This document shows, one piece after another, positions 1 to 12,699 of a DNA stretch of 64,000 nucleotides (within the stretch, counting starts at the first letter, position 1; the number at the start of each line of letters is the position of its first letter). The translations under genes were made by a program, and so were the position numbers. The notes below the pieces were generated by a model. It had not been told where the DNA came from and ran no database searches. It saw nothing but the letters and a program-made list of their open reading frames with translations. The stretch comes from Camelus dromedarius (taxonomy: Eukaryota). Where the stretch lies: positions 4,528,001-4,592,000 of the forward strand of contig NC_087438.1 in NCBI RefSeq assembly GCF_036321535.1, read 5' to 3'.

Positions 1-1750
1 AACAACTAGCGTGGCTCAGTTAACACCAAGGAGATCGGTGCTCTGTAGTGAGCTGTTGTCGCAGCAAAAAGGATGTGGCTGTTCTCTGAGCAGTCAAGCA
101 AGGGACGGTGAAGGAACCGCATGCTGGGTACATTACATAATAATAAGACATTTGACAAAATGGTCACCTGCAGAGACTTGGAAGTCAGAACCCCATCAGT
201 GTCGGCTCTGGGGGGTGTCATTGGAAAATGGAATGTTAGAAATGTGTTTTAATTGGAATTGGCTCTGTTCTGGAAGGCAATACAAGAGAGAGCTGAGTTC
301 AGTAAATAATTGGTTGTTTTGTCAACGGAAAATGAAAGGTGATATAGAGTCCAGAAATTCAAGAACTTGCAGGGCTGTGGAAGGTGACTTCTTCTAGTCC
401 CCAAACAGTAAAATATGGGAATAAAATAATTTGAGCTGCTAGAGTGAAGGTGAACTTTCTGAGCGAAGTAACATGACTCAGGGCACAGGTGTAAGTCAGT
501 GTGTGGACGTCCCCTTCAAGCCCGATGCCTCAAGGAGGCTGCTGTTATATTGAGAGAGAGAGGGAGAGAGAGTCACAGAAGAGAGGAGGCCAGAAAACAA
601 AGGGGACTCCAGAACAATGGAACGATGTTTAGGAAAGGACTTTTGATGCAGTCACAGGTACATGGAATTGACTGGAGGCGAGTAGATCAGCAGTCACTAA
701 GTTTTTGAGATGATTACACTGCCAAGAATACCGTGAGTCTGGGTCAAAGAGCTCTTTGATTACTTGGGGACTTGGAAACAGACTTTGAGCCCTCAGTCTT
801 TGCTAAACAGGAATTGAGCTCCCAATGGAGAACACGCAACCTAAAGTCCACTCTTCTGTGGACGTGGTGAGAAAGACCAAGCAGGGGCGCCAGAGGGTGG
901 ATGGAACCTGGGACGGTAACCATGGGGCCCTGGGGAGCAAACGCAGGGTCTGAGCAGAGTTTCCCAGCATCCGGGGCGGGGAAGCACCACCACGCCCGTC
1001 CTGCGGGACTAAAGTACAGCCATGGCTCAGTGACGGGTATGACTTCTCCTGTCCTACTTTTTTCCAAGTTCTCCCGTCCTGATCCAGCACTGTAGATTGG
1101 AAATCAGGGAGGTGGATGGCAGATAACTTACCCCTCAGATCACAGGGGGCCACATCAAAAGGAGCTTCTCCTGCTCTTCAGGAAGTGGCTCACACCCTTG
1201 AGAGAGCCTGGGCTCTGAATTGGATGCTGTAACTGGACGGGTGGGCGTCTGAGTTCTCTTTCTTGGGAAGGTGAGCAAGTTGTATTCTGTGAAAAGAAAA
1301 ATAAAGCAATTTGGTGACCAAAAGGGTGGTCAGCAGCAGAGATAATACTATCACCTTATTGAGTTGTTTTATATTCCTCCTGGGGTCCAGGAAACCACAT
1401 TTCCTTACTCTTTTGCCTATGGGTGTGATCATACAGTTAGTTTTGACCAATGCAATATGAGCAGAAGTGATGGGCGCCTGTATTGGCTTGTGCTGTTTAA
1501 AAAAACAAAACCAAAACAAAAACCTTCCATGTATACTTTTTCTTCCCTTCCGTGGTGATCTTAGAGGCTATTTGCTGAGAATGGCGGTATCTCAAGATGT
1601 TTTCACCCCTTGGAGGGGAGCTTCCCAGGAGAGCCATCTAACCAAGGACATCCCCAGGAGACCTTGAGTGAGTGAGAAACGACCAGTTACTGTGTTAAGT
1701 CCCCAAGACTTGGGGCTTGTTGTAGTTTCTAGCATTATTTGCTTGAATAT
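1..1750 (+). mobile_element. Decayed ERVL-MaLR (MLT1-type) internal sequence plus 3' LTR remnant
   Basis: The end at ~1650-1750 (gagaaacgaccagttactgtgttaagtccccaagacttggggcttgttgtagtttctagca) resembles MLT1 LTR termini; the upstream part resembles MLT-int by recall. Boundaries approximate. Confidence 0.45.
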
Positions 1751-2039
1751 TGTCTTGAATAATGGTTAGGAGTTCACATGGTAAATAAGGAAGGAAGGAA
1801 AAAAGTATTCCCAGGGCAGTGAGGACAGAGATGCTCGAGCATGTTCACTAGAGGGAATTCTAGATGGATGCTGAACTGGGTCAGCAGAAAGAGGATGGAA
1901 TGACAGCAGGAAAAAGCGATAAAGAGTCCATGTGTACAGATGGCAGTTTAAGATATTCTTCTGTCAGTGATATGGAAACAGGAATTTTAAATAACAGAAA
2001 TAATATGTTGTAATATCACCTTTTAAAATACTTCACAGG

Positions 2040-2420
2040 ACACAAGTTGAGAGACTGTCCGAAGTGCCTAACTAGTATTCTTCAAATATGTCGAGGTCAT
2101 GAAGGACAAGGGAAGACTGAGGAGTTGTCATAAATGTGAGGGGACCAAGGAGACAACACAACCAAATGAGACGTGGGGCCCTGGGGCCCTGGGTTGCATC
2201 CTGGAACCGTAAAATAAAAAAAACAAAACAAAAAAACCCTAAACCTGCATAGAAAACCTGGTGACATTTCAACAAGATGCATAGTTTAGTCAGAAGTGCC
2301 ATACCAGTGTTAATATCTTGGTTTTGGTAATTGCACAAAAGCTATGTGGGAACTCTCTATTGTTTTGCAAGTTTTTAATGATCATCTAAATTTATTACAA
2401 AATAAAAGAATTTAAAAATA
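2040..2420 (+). mobile_element. Old L1 (L1MC/MD-like) 3' UTR fragment
   Basis: Typical old-L1 3' end text (gggaactctctattgttttgcaagttttt...aaaataaaagaatttaaaaa). Confidence 0.6.
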
Positions 2421-2964
2421 CATCACAGGGCATGGTATCAGATTTAACATCTATGCAGGTTTCAGGGAGTTCTGCCAAAAGGGCCGTGGGCAAGGGTGGG
2501 AGGCAGGTGGAATCCTTGCCATCAAACTATCCCATGGGTTGTTAAGTTGAGACCTCAGAGTCTAGGGTACCACATGCCCGTGAACACGTATGGGTTATGA
2601 GCCCAGACTCACATGAATGCCAAGGGTGACTTGATATTCAGTCTCAGAGATTGGGCTGGTGATTCTTTAATCCTTTTGGGGCTTAGCCAAGATTTATCCC
2701 TGGAGCTGAGACATGGTAGCCACGGAGGTGGAAGGCACTGATGTAGGTCAGGAGAAGGAGTCTGTCTTTCACCAAAAAGGTTGAGTGACGGACAAGATTC
2801 AGTATTCGGAACACTTAGGATCTGATCCTGTCAAGCCAGAAGGCAGATTTCATGAACTTGGGTACACGGTACCTTTTATAACCACTCTTCATGGTCTTTG
2901 GTCCAAAACCCGTGTGTGAGCTGGGCCAGCAATGAGTGTGTTCCCTTCTCACAGCCCTCCCCTG

Positions 2965-3135
2965 TTACACTGATTTAGTAGGTATTCCTGTGCCCCCTCT
3001 GTGCCAGGCATTGTGCTGGGTTCTGGGAGTATCTGGGTGAGCCAAACAGACATAGCTCCTGTGTTTATGGAGTCTCAAGTCCAATGGGGTTCAGTTATTA
3101 AACAAGCAATTACACAACTAAGGACTCTGTGATGC
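2965..3135 (-). mobile_element. L2 3' end fragment
   Basis: tgtgccaggcattgtgctgggttctggga...cagacatagctcctgtgtttatggagtctcaagtc matches the common L2 3' terminus in reverse orientation. Confidence 0.6.
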
Positions 3136-3159
3136 TGCTACAATTACAGTCTGTAAATT

Positions 3160-5300
3160 TCCTGCCAAGCATTTCTCCAAAGACTAGCATCCGTTTAGTA
3201 GGATGAAAGGGCAGTGGAGAAAGGGAAATTCTCAGCTTGTGTGGATCACTAGACTAGACACTGGTTGTGAATTGATGCTAATCTGTGGGAATAATAATGT
3301 CACTGTGTTTTACCAAAGTGAAGGCTTAAGTTGGTCAAATAATAAATGGGGTTTGGACCAAGTTCCATAGTAGGTGCAGTTGGCCCATGGGCCCGCTTTG
3401 CTGTTATTCTCCAGTGCTTGGCAATAGTAATTGAATATATACAGTCAGTGACTGGAAGATTATGCATCTTGGGTCCCAGATGCTTGTATTGTAGGAAGCA
3501 ACTACTGTAAGTCTCCTGAGCGATTCCTTCCTTCTAGGACCATAAACCAAAAGCAACACCATGTCCCTGGGTGAATGACAGAGATTAGTATGATCATCAA
3601 AGATTTGAAGGATGGAGGGATGGTGATACTGGTAGTATTTCTGTAGTAAGTTTTGACTAGGTTACTCTTTTTGAGCCACCTGAGAGACTACTATATCCCC
3701 TTTATACTTACCTGTTGGACTTTTCGGAAGGTGACTGGACTATGGAGCACCATTAACTTAACTACATGGTAACTCCAGTAGGAGCTGATCCTTCAGACGT
3801 TACACCTTTACTGGAAGGTATCAGCACAGCCCCTGGCATTTGATACATAGCTATTGATCTGACAAATGCTTTTATTTATTTGTTTGCAACTAGCAAGAAC
3901 CAGAAGAAGTCTGCTTTTACTTGGCAGGGCCAACAATATACCTTCGCAGTCTTGCCTCAGCATTGTATTCACCTTTCTCCTTTGCCATAATCTAGTCTAT
4001 GGAGAACCTGATTATTTTGATATCCTGCAGAACATCATGCTGACCCTGGACGTTCCTGGAACTATGCAGACTGGATTTGATCAGGAAACAACAATACCTT
4101 CAGTGCTATCTTAGCCAGCTCGGGCTGCCATAACAAAATACCACTCCTAGACATCTTAAACAGCAGAAATTTATTTGTTCATTTCTGCAAGCTACAAGGT
4201 CGAGATCAAGGTGCCAGCAGGGTTGTTTTCTGGCAAGACCTTTTTTCTCGTTTGCAGATGGCTCCCTTCTCCCTGTCTCCTCACCTGGCCTTTCCTTTGT
4301 TCAGGTATGGAAAGGGTGAGTGCTAATGTCTCTTCCTCTTCTTAAAAGGACACCAGTCCTATAGGATTAGGGCCAACCCTTATGACCTCATTTAACCTCA
4401 ATTACTTCTTTAAAGACCTCATATTCAAGTGTAGTCATATTGGGGGTCAGGGCTTCAGGGAATGAATCAGGGGGAGGGCACAATGCAGTGTATAACAGAC
4501 GTCCTGCTAAGACGGGTGAGAGACAGATACCAGGGAAACTCACGGGCCCATTGTCTTAATAGAGCTCCGAGGCATCTAGTGGTCTAGAGCACAGCAGGGT
4601 GTTCTTTTCAAGGATAAAGAGAAGTTGCTGCATGTTGTTCTATCTACAACTAAAAAGAGGTCCAATACTGAGGGGCTTCCAGATTTTGGAGGCAACATGT
4701 ACCACGTTTGAGTGTGTTATTCCAGCTCATCTACAGAATAACCTGAAAGGCCATCAGCTTTCAGTGGGGTTTCGGACCAAGAGAAGGTTCTGGAGCAGGT
4801 ACAGGTTATGATCCAAACTGCACTGCCACCTGAGCCTCAGGACAGGGCAGATCCAGTGGTGCTCCAAGGGTGTGGCCTCTCCGCCAAGCCCGACACAAGA
4901 ATCACAGGACAGAACTGCAGACTCTGGAGCAAAGACCTCTCTTCTGCAGAGCGACATTCTCCTCTTTGAATAAAAGCACCTGGCTTGGTACCAGGCCCTG
5001 GGAACTATGGAACTTTGGATCAGTGTCTGGGAGACCTGAACTCTCCGTTCTGGACTAGGTGCTATCCCACCTACCAAGTTCAGGTGAGCGCATCAGCACG
5101 TCATTGCCAAGTGGATGTTGTGTCTGTGCACTTGGAATCCAGCTGGTGCAGAAGACATATGAAAGCTGCATTAGCATGTGGTTCCAACTCTGACCCCTGT
5201 CCCTGTTAAGTCACCTCCTTTTCCTTGTGGGAAGTTCGTTGCAACTAGTTGACTGGGAAGGAGACACCCTCAATTGCTTTATAGTTGGTTCTGCACAACG
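3160..5300 (+). mobile_element. Decayed ERVL endogenous retrovirus pro-pol (protease, RT, connection), interrupted by an MLT/MST LTR at ~4105-4497
   Basis: Manual translation gives LDTGCELMLI (protease DTG at 3257-3265), NQKQHHVPG*MTEISMIIKDLKDGGMVI, YIAIDLTNAF, QKKSAFTWQGQQYTFAVLPQ, LCHNLV and FWRQHVPRLSVLFQLIYRIT, collinear with ERV-L Pol. Multiple stops and frameshifts; the YIDD motif is destroyed. Confidence 0.88.
4105..4497 (-). mobile_element. MaLR solo LTR (MLT1A/MST-like) nested in the ERVL pol
   Basis: gggctgccataacaaaatacc...cttaaacagcagaaatttattt...ggattagggccaacccttatgacctcatttaacct...tataaca. ERVL coding similarity resumes after 4497. Confidence 0.8.
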
Positions 5301-5332
5301 TGGAGGAGCCCTTGAAGTGGACACCAGCCCAA

Positions 5333-5497
5333 TCAGGGGAGTCCCAATCACAAATGCTCAACTCTGATGTCCTAACACAAAAGCAGCCAGAGACAACATG
5401 GACCAAACCCACATGGCTGGGTCCCAGTACAGCTTTATTTATGAAGGCAGGAAGTGGGCTGGAACTGGCCCACAGGCCATAATTCTTGACCCCCTAT
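5333..5497. mobile_element. hAT-type MITE remnant (MER58-like)
   Basis: Termini cagggg...gacccc(c)ta and ggctggaactggcccacaggccataa resemble MER58 ends. Confidence 0.4.
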
Positions 5498-6317
5498 CTA
5501 AGGGAGCCAGACCACGATTCGGATGATAAATAAGATGAAGAAGATGAGTCACTGGCCATCAAAAAGACTCCATCACCTTTCGGAGAATATTAAAAACCAC
5601 TTCGAGGTTTTTATTATGTCTGAGGCACCTATTTGCTATGAATTATTTCATACCTGCATTGAAAAGGAAATCTTAAATGTACTCTTCATTTCTAAGAAGA
5701 CTTGAAAATACTCTTAAGACATATTTTATTGAAAATAATCTAATATGTGGACACCCATAATAAATTAAGTGGTGATTGTTCTCAAAGAATAAGTAATTCT
5801 TTGCTTTTCAAGGAAATTGCTTTTGAATTTCTTTAAATATTTATATCCCTGCCTGAATTTACTGGGCTGGATCCGGCGACTACAATTTCCAGTCAAGGTG
5901 GTGAGTGAGTAGGGGAACATTTTTAACCTGGCAAATTATAGCTACTTGGTTTCAAAACGGAGAAAGGAGAGACAAACGTGTGTAGCAGGGCTTTTTTGAG
6001 ACTTGAGCCGCTGGGTGTGCTTGTGTGTATATCTGGGTGCGTTCTCTCATTGCCTCCCTCCAGTGTAGAGCTGCCACTGTCCTGGAGCTGGTCTTGGCCG
6101 CTGCGGCAGGCCACGTGGTGAGCTAGCACACCGGACACCCGGCACCCGGGGGAGGGGCGCCCCAACCATGGCACCCCTCCTCAAGGCCAGGTTAGAGTCC
6201 CTTTCTCGCATCTCGCCCATCCCTGGCAGTGGCCCAGGCGGTTGCAGTAAGAGTCAGGAGTTCTGGACAGGCTCCCGGCCCCACCCCTCACCAGCTACGG
6301 GACTCCTCACACTCCTG

Positions 6318-7106
6318 GTTTTTTTTTTAATTGAAGTACAGCCTGTTTACAATGTTGTGCCAATTTCTGGTGTACAGCATCATGTTTCAGTAAGACATAT
6401 ACAGATATTCGTTTTCATATTCTTTTTCATTATAGGTTACTACAAGATATTGAATATAATTCCCTATGCTATACAGTAGGACCCTGTTGCTTACCTATTT
6501 TATACATAGAAGTTGGTATCTGCAAATCTCGAACTCTTAGTTTATCCCTTCCCACCCCGCAACCCAGTAACCATAAGTTTGTTTTCTATGTTTGTGAGTT
6601 TATTTCTGTTTTGTAAATAAATTCGTGTCTTTTTTTTTTTATTTCACATATGAGTGATATCATATGGTATTTTTCTTTCTCTTTCTGGTTTACTTCACAT
6701 AGAATGATGATCTCCAGGTCCATCCCCATTGCTGCAAATGGCATTATTTTATTCTTTTTATGGCTAAGTAGTATTCCATTGTATAAATATACCACAACTT
6801 CTTTATCCGGTCCTCTGTCGATGGACATTCAGGTTGTTTCCATGTCTTGGCTATTGTATATAGTGCTGCTATGAACACTGGGGTGCATGTATCTTTTGAA
6901 TTAGAGTTGCCTCTGAATATATGCCCAGGAGTGGGATTGCTGGATCATATGGTAAGTCTATTTTTAGTTTTTTGAGGAATTTCCATACTGTTTTCCATAA
7001 TGGCTGCACCAGACTACATTCCCACCAATAGTGTAGGAGGGTTCCCATTTCTCCATATCCTCTCCAGCATTTATTTATTTTTAATGAAGACCATTCTGAC
7101 TGGTGT
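6318..7106 (-). mobile_element. 5'-truncated cetartiodactyl-type L1 3' end inserted in a MIR
   Basis: A poly-T head is followed by aattgaagtacag...tacaatgttgtgccaatttctggtgtacagca. The minus-strand ORF reads like the L1 ORF2 C-terminal region (KKNKIMPFAA..DLEIIILCEVNQKEKEKYHMISLICEI). MIR core ggtttcctcatctgtaaa resumes at ~7130. Confidence 0.9.
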
Positions 7107-7534
7107 TCATACCTCTTACTGCTCTAAGCCTTGGTTTCCTCATCTGTAAAGCGGAAACAAGACTAGTTCCCTTGCAGAGTTGTTCTTCTGACTAAATGGG
7201 ACAGTATCTGAATCACCAAAACAGGGACCCCTTGGCAAGGTGGCCCTTCGCTCAGCTCAGGGTCTGCCCCTGGTATTAATTAAGCCTTCTTCGGTGAACT
7301 TGACCTCTCATCAACTTGCCTCCTTTGAAGTAACAACACTTGTCATTTATACAGTGTGAATTCAATGGGTTTTTCCATGATTGTTTCTCGTGTTCTCTCC
7401 CTAAGAGATAAGTGGCAGTGAGGGCCGTGCCATGCACCTGTGTTTTCCTGATCACACACAGTAGAGCGGCCTGTTTCATATTTGATACTGGCAATAAACA
7501 GCTATTTTTATTTCAGGGAGGTGAGCAATTATTT

Positions 7535-7612
7535 TCCTTCCTCCCTCCCCAGCTCCTTCTTCCTTCATTCATTCCCTCCTTCCTTCTTTCCTTCAGTTCT
7601 TCCTTCCTCCCA
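7535..7612 (+). repeat. Degenerate (TTCC)n low-complexity repeat
   Basis: ccttcctccctcccc...tccttcattcattccctccttccttctttccttc. Confidence 0.75.
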
Positions 7613-8010
7613 CCTTTTTGGACACAGGGCAGTGGTGCAATGGGTTTCTGCTTGGGTGGTGACAGCTCGGACTGCCCACCTTGGGTCTGGGGCTACCCTC
7701 CATCCGCACGCTCCACAAAGGCTTTCTGCATCCTTCCAGGGGTGACTCCCGGCCCCAGGATGGAAGGGCTCTCGGAAATCTCTGGAGATGGGGACTTGGC
7801 CGCCCTCCCTTCCCACGGGGAGGCTAGCGTGGAGGCCGGTTCCCTTACACCCAAACCAACATCAGCGACTTCGCCTGCTCCCCACCCACCTTCGTTGGCC
7901 TGGAAGGCTCTCCCCTCCCCTCTCCGTGGCTGCCTCCTTCTCACCTGTCCTGCCTTTGCCTTAACGGCACCTTCTCGGAGAGGCCCACCCAACTCCCCTG
8001 CATCTGAGGG

Positions 8011-8408
8011 GGTATTGGGGGCTGAACTGTGTACCCCCCAAAAAAAACAACTCATACATTGAGCCAAACCTCCAGTACTTCAGAATGTGGCTGTGTTTGA
8101 AGACAGGGCTTTGAAGAGGTGATGCATTAAAATGAGGCCATGAGGGTGGGTCCTAACCCAGTGTGACCGGTGTCCTCAGAAGAGGAGATTGGGACCCAGA
8201 GAGACACCAGGGACGGATGCCCCAAGGCAAAGCCAGGTGAGCAGGAGCGGGGCCCCTGCAGGCCCAGGAGCGAGGCCTCTGGAGAAGCCCAGCCTCAGAC
8301 ACTTCAATCTCAGACCTCCAGCCTCCAGAGCTGTGATGGCAGGATTGCTGCTGCCAGAGCCGCCCCGCCTGGGGTGTTCTGCGACAGCAGCCAGAGCTGA
8401 CTAAGGCA
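8011..8408 (+). mobile_element. MLT1 (A0/B-like) MaLR solo LTR
   Basis: gggctgaactgtgtacccccaaaa...tcagaatgtggctgtgtttgaagacagggc...aaaatgaggccatgagggtgggtcctaacccagtgtgaccggtgtcct...gactaaggca. Confidence 0.82.
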
Positions 8409-9725
8409 GTGCCACCCCCAACGCCAGGCCCCGAGAGCTCCATCCCTGCCTGAATCAGACATCTGGCCCAACCGCACGTTGTCTGCGAGCGCACTGACTC
8501 AGGAGCTTCTCTCTAAGGCCTCCGCGTGAGGCAGGGCCGCCCCGCTGACTCAGCCAGAAGGCCCTGAGAGACGACAGCCAAGTGGTGATGCGTCGCTCAT
8601 TCTCCCCTGAGCAGGAAGGCCCAAACCTCCAACGTACAAAGATATCCCTGTGGGTTATTCAGTTCCCTGATTCCTAATCGCATCTTGATTGATTTTTCGA
8701 AGGCACTCAGCTTATTCACGTGGCTTTGAACCTACTTGACATCCGTGATGGTGATTTTCATCCTTTTTGGAAATGTTCAGTGCAGCATTGCTCGATGTTG
8801 AATCACTTTCCCCCAACGTACTCAATTTTAAGAAGCCTTATAACACTACTGTTGAGTTAAATTGTTCTCAAGAGCTTTTTATGATCGTCCGAGAGGTAAT
8901 TTCTGTTAAGCCCAAATCAAAAAAAAAAAAAAAAAAAAAAAAGCACAGGAATGGGAGAAGAGTTAAGCAGCTGGGTTTGGAAATTGTGACACTCAGCTTG
9001 GACTGTCTGTGGATAATTTATGTTATAGAAAATGTCTTAGGTCTTTCTTGCAATCCTTTTGAACCGTAACAAACAGGCTCAGGTTACTGGTGTTTTGAAC
9101 TTTACAAAGTGGCTGAAGGATTCTCATGACTGCCCAGGATTCTCAAGACTTCCTCCGAGAAGGCTTCCTTGACCTTCCTGGGGTGTAGGAACATTCCTCC
9201 CCCCTCCCCAACTCTGGAGCAACCATGGCACCCTGAGGCTAACCTATCTCTGCCGTCACTTCCCCCCACCCCCGGAGGTGGTTGTGGTTTGCTTGGCCGC
9301 CTCCCCCATCTGACTGTGGGTTCTGGCTTCCTGGTCCTCACATCTGCGGGCCCTACTGCAGGGCCAGCCCCAGCAGGCACTCAATGGACACGAAGGGTGG
9401 ATTAATCCACCGGGAAAGGAAGAGTGACACACGTGGGGGTTTGGAGAGAAGGAATCTGCCATGCTAAACGTTAGCGCCCCTCTGGTCCGACCCCAAGTAC
9501 ATGGCAGCAGACAGAACCCAAGGAAGCCTCTGTGACTGATGGCAGCCCCCCGGGGCTGTGGGGTGAAGGAAGAGGAGCAGGTGGCCCCTGCTCTTCCCGC
9601 TAAAGCAGGCTCGCCTCCCTGGCCTGCCTCCAACACCCCTTAGCTCAGCCGCTACACAATTCCTGAAGCCCCACCTGCCTGGGACTGTTATAAACTCTCG
9701 TTATGAATTACTCTCAAATTAAAAT

Positions 9726-9918
9726 TTTGCATCTCACACTTCAAACTTCAATGCATTTTGAATTGATTTCTGTATAAAATGTGAGATAGGAAATCTAATT
9801 CAGTTTCTCCAAATAATTAGTCATTCAGACAAGTGTTTCTCTGACTACTGTGATTGTGACATGCCACATTTTTACAAACACTTGAGTATGTTTCTAAAGG
9901 TCCTTCCTGTTCTGTTAA
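9726..9918 (-). repeat. Inverted near-identical copy (193 bp) of 15625-15817
   Basis: Manual reverse-complement alignment: same length, no indels, about 5 mismatches. Confidence 0.95.
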
Positions 9919-9945
9919 AATTAAAATAAAAATTAAAATTGCATG

Positions 9946-10040
9946 AGCTCACTGCTTAAAATAAATCTTTTTATATCCATTTGTCTATCTACCCATCCAC
10001 CCTACTGATTCTATTTCTCTGAAAAACCCTGACTGATACA
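9946..10040 (+). mobile_element. MLT2 (ERVL LTR) 3' end fragment
   Basis: gcatgagctcactgcttaaaataaatc...cctactgattctatttctctgaaaaaccctgactgataca resembles the MLT2 terminus. Confidence 0.65.
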
Positions 10041-10479
10041 GGTACATATTTAAAATATAACGCAAATATCAAAACAAGTGTACCCGTACAAGGAACAGAC
10101 TTTCTGATAGAACCGTCCATTTGACTTTCTCTGTCAACCGAATAAAATTCATTAGAGAATTGACTCTCATGTTAGTGAAAATCAAGTCACTAACAAGTAA
10201 CTGATACTTCCTGGCCACAGACTATATTTCTAATTTAATTAGGAAAAGCTTTTGATATGCAATAATGTTAATATATGATTTAACTTTCTATCACTTATGC
10301 ATATGAACATTGTGGCCTTGACTTTCATTATTGAATCATGTAGTTTCGTGGGAAAAAGTAATATCTTGCTATGGTTACTGGGGAGGGGTCTGTAGATCTG
10401 GGGATAAAGTCACTCTCTGAGAGTGATTCTAGGCAGAGTCAAGAGAAGCCAAGGGGACTGGCTATGAGAAGACACTTCA

Positions 10480-10745
10480 GATCCAAGATGCTTAAATCTG
10501 GAGCTGCTGGTCCTCCCGAGAATCCTCCCCCAACCCGGTAGGCCCCATCTGTGCTAACAATGGCACCTCCATCTTTCCAGTTGCTCGGACCAAAAAAACT
10601 TGGAGTCACCCTTTATTCCTCTCTTTCTGTTTTACCTCTAGCTCTTCCCTCCCTGGGCACCCGGCACCCAGCCCCTTCCAGCATCCCTGCTGCTGACACC
10701 TCAGTCCCAGCCACCATCACCTCTGCCTCAAGTTCAACTGTAACA
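10480..10745 (+). mobile_element. L2 fragment
   Basis: aatggcacctccatctttccagttgctcggaccaaaaaaacttggagtcaccctttattcctctctttct is a common L2 segment. Confidence 0.65.
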
Positions 10746-10754
10746 GCCTTGCTC

Positions 10755-10960
10755 CTGCAGACTGAACCTCTGCATCCCCCGAAATTCATGTGGTGAAAAC
10801 CCCATGCCAAAGTGATCCTGGTAGGAGGTGGGACCTTCGGGTGGCGATCAGGTCACAAGGGCGGAGCCCTCACAAGTGGGGTCAGTGTCTTTATAAAAGA
10901 GGCCCCTGAGAACTCCCTGGCTCTTTCTGCCGCTGGAGGACGGGAAAAGTCTGCGACAGA
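10755..10960 (+). mobile_element. MLT1A/MST-like LTR 5' fragment
   Basis: cccccgaaattcatgtggtgaaaacccc...ggaggtgggaccttcgggtggcgatcaggtcacaagggcggagccctcac...tttataaaagaggccc. Confidence 0.7.
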
Positions 10961-12017
10961 GAAGAGGGTGAGTGTGCATGTGAGTGTGTGTGTGTGAAGT
11001 TGGATGCCCCTCGGTGGCATTCTGACTGGCACATCGTCCCCATGGTTGGTCCTGCATGTCCCCCGAAGCAGACCTGTGGTTGTGAAACACTGCACCTCAC
11101 CCCCTGCCGGCCCGGCAGCCTGCGGCTCCTTTCCACAGAGCCCGGTGGTCGGGGAGGAGCAGACACATCAGGAGGGCAGTTCTCAAGCCCAGTGCTCCGT
11201 GACCGGCCCCTTGACCCCTTCAGTAGGGAAAGGACAAACGGAAGAACCACAGAGCCCAGCACACTCACACTCCCTCTTGAACATGCACGCACACCCACAA
11301 CAGGCTCAGATGAGTGCCAGATGCACCTGCCTCATAGGGACCAAACGCAGAGCTGCCCCCACTAATCTGGGAACTAATTTGAGAACCCTCTGCCTCAGGG
11401 CCATGCTAATGTCTCTTTTTCCCGGGAAAGGCCAATATTTCATCTTTTCCTCGGGTGTTTGAAATACCACCTCTTTTCATTTACTAGATTCCGCATCTTC
11501 CGGGCTCTGTTTCGGCAGTCTCTATTTCGCTTATGAATTTATGAGATACAAGGTGCTTGGAACACTTTTACCATATTGTTTCGTACCTGGAAGGAGAAGT
11601 CCCTTTTAATTATTTTTCTTTAAAATTTAAAAAAAAAAGCTTCCATACATTTATTCTGTAATTTTGTGTCATTTTTAGTTCATCCTACTTTAATTTGTAG
11701 CCAACAGAGGTGATCAAAACAACCCACAGTACACTTTGCCAGTGTGTAGTAAACGCTCAGGTTTTCTTGGCTCAGAGCATTGAAGTGAGTCGTATGAACA
11801 CGCGCTCCCGCTGGCAAGGGCAGACAGCAAAAGCCCAAGCCCGAGGATGAGAAAAATCATGCACACAAGGTCGTGAGCATGGGGCTCAATGTGAATCATG
11901 AACTTATTCTCCAAAGGTAAGATTTAGAAACTGAAAAACAGTGAAGCTAAATGAGTGGGTATTGGGTGCCAGATTAAATGTGGAGACGTGGACAGGAGGA
12001 GATTGGGGCAAAATCAG

Positions 12018-12095
12018 TGTGGTGTGTGTTTGTGTGTGTGTATCTGTGTGCAAATGGTGCGTGTGTGTGCACGTGCGTGTGTGTGCCTGTGTGTA
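12018..12095 (+). repeat. Imperfect (TG)n microsatellite
   Basis: Directly visible TG/CG alternation. Confidence 0.9.
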
Positions 12096-12699
12096 CTTGG
12101 GGAATTGGGTGAGATGGGGCAATAGATGAACTCCGAAAGTAACATTCACATCTTCACTCTGAGCATCAGGGAAGGCTAGCTCAGAATTTTATGTTAAAAA
12201 TCAACAATTTCTAGAATTAAAAGTCAGGATATCCAACTTCAAAATATAAAGCTCCTCCACACCAGCAAGAAAAAAAAAATTAAAAGGAGAGAAGAAAGAA
12301 CAAAGAAATAGAAGAAATCCAAAGAACAAGAAAATGGAAGCAAGCAATTATTTCTCAACTAGAATAAACAATATAAATAGAGTGATACCCCAGAGTAAGA
12401 AAGGAACCTTTCAGAAAATCCCTTAAAACGAAATATAAGCAAGTACTATTGATGAGACATGCCTACAAAAAGCTGATACCAACAGGTGGAGAGTTGAAGG
12501 AAGACTCTAGGCACAGAAGGGTTCCAGTTTTGTTCCCATCCGAGATTCTCTTGCCACTGTGGCATTTTGCATTTCCGTATACGTTTGGAATCAGCTTGCC
12601 AAGTGTCGCGACCATAAACATGCTAGGATTTTACCTAGGATTGGGTTCAACCGCAGGTCACGTTTAGAGGCCTGGACCCTTACGATACTGGTTTTCCTT

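Noticed and set aside
6586..6874. ORFs of 74-80 aa, and similar ones at 23335-24045, 24329-24511 and 29152-29500
   Set aside because: These are translations of, or run into, truncated L1 3' ends.
7412..8067. 216-aa ORF and antisense partners
   Set aside because: They run through a TTCC low-complexity tract into an MLT1 LTR; no coding signature.
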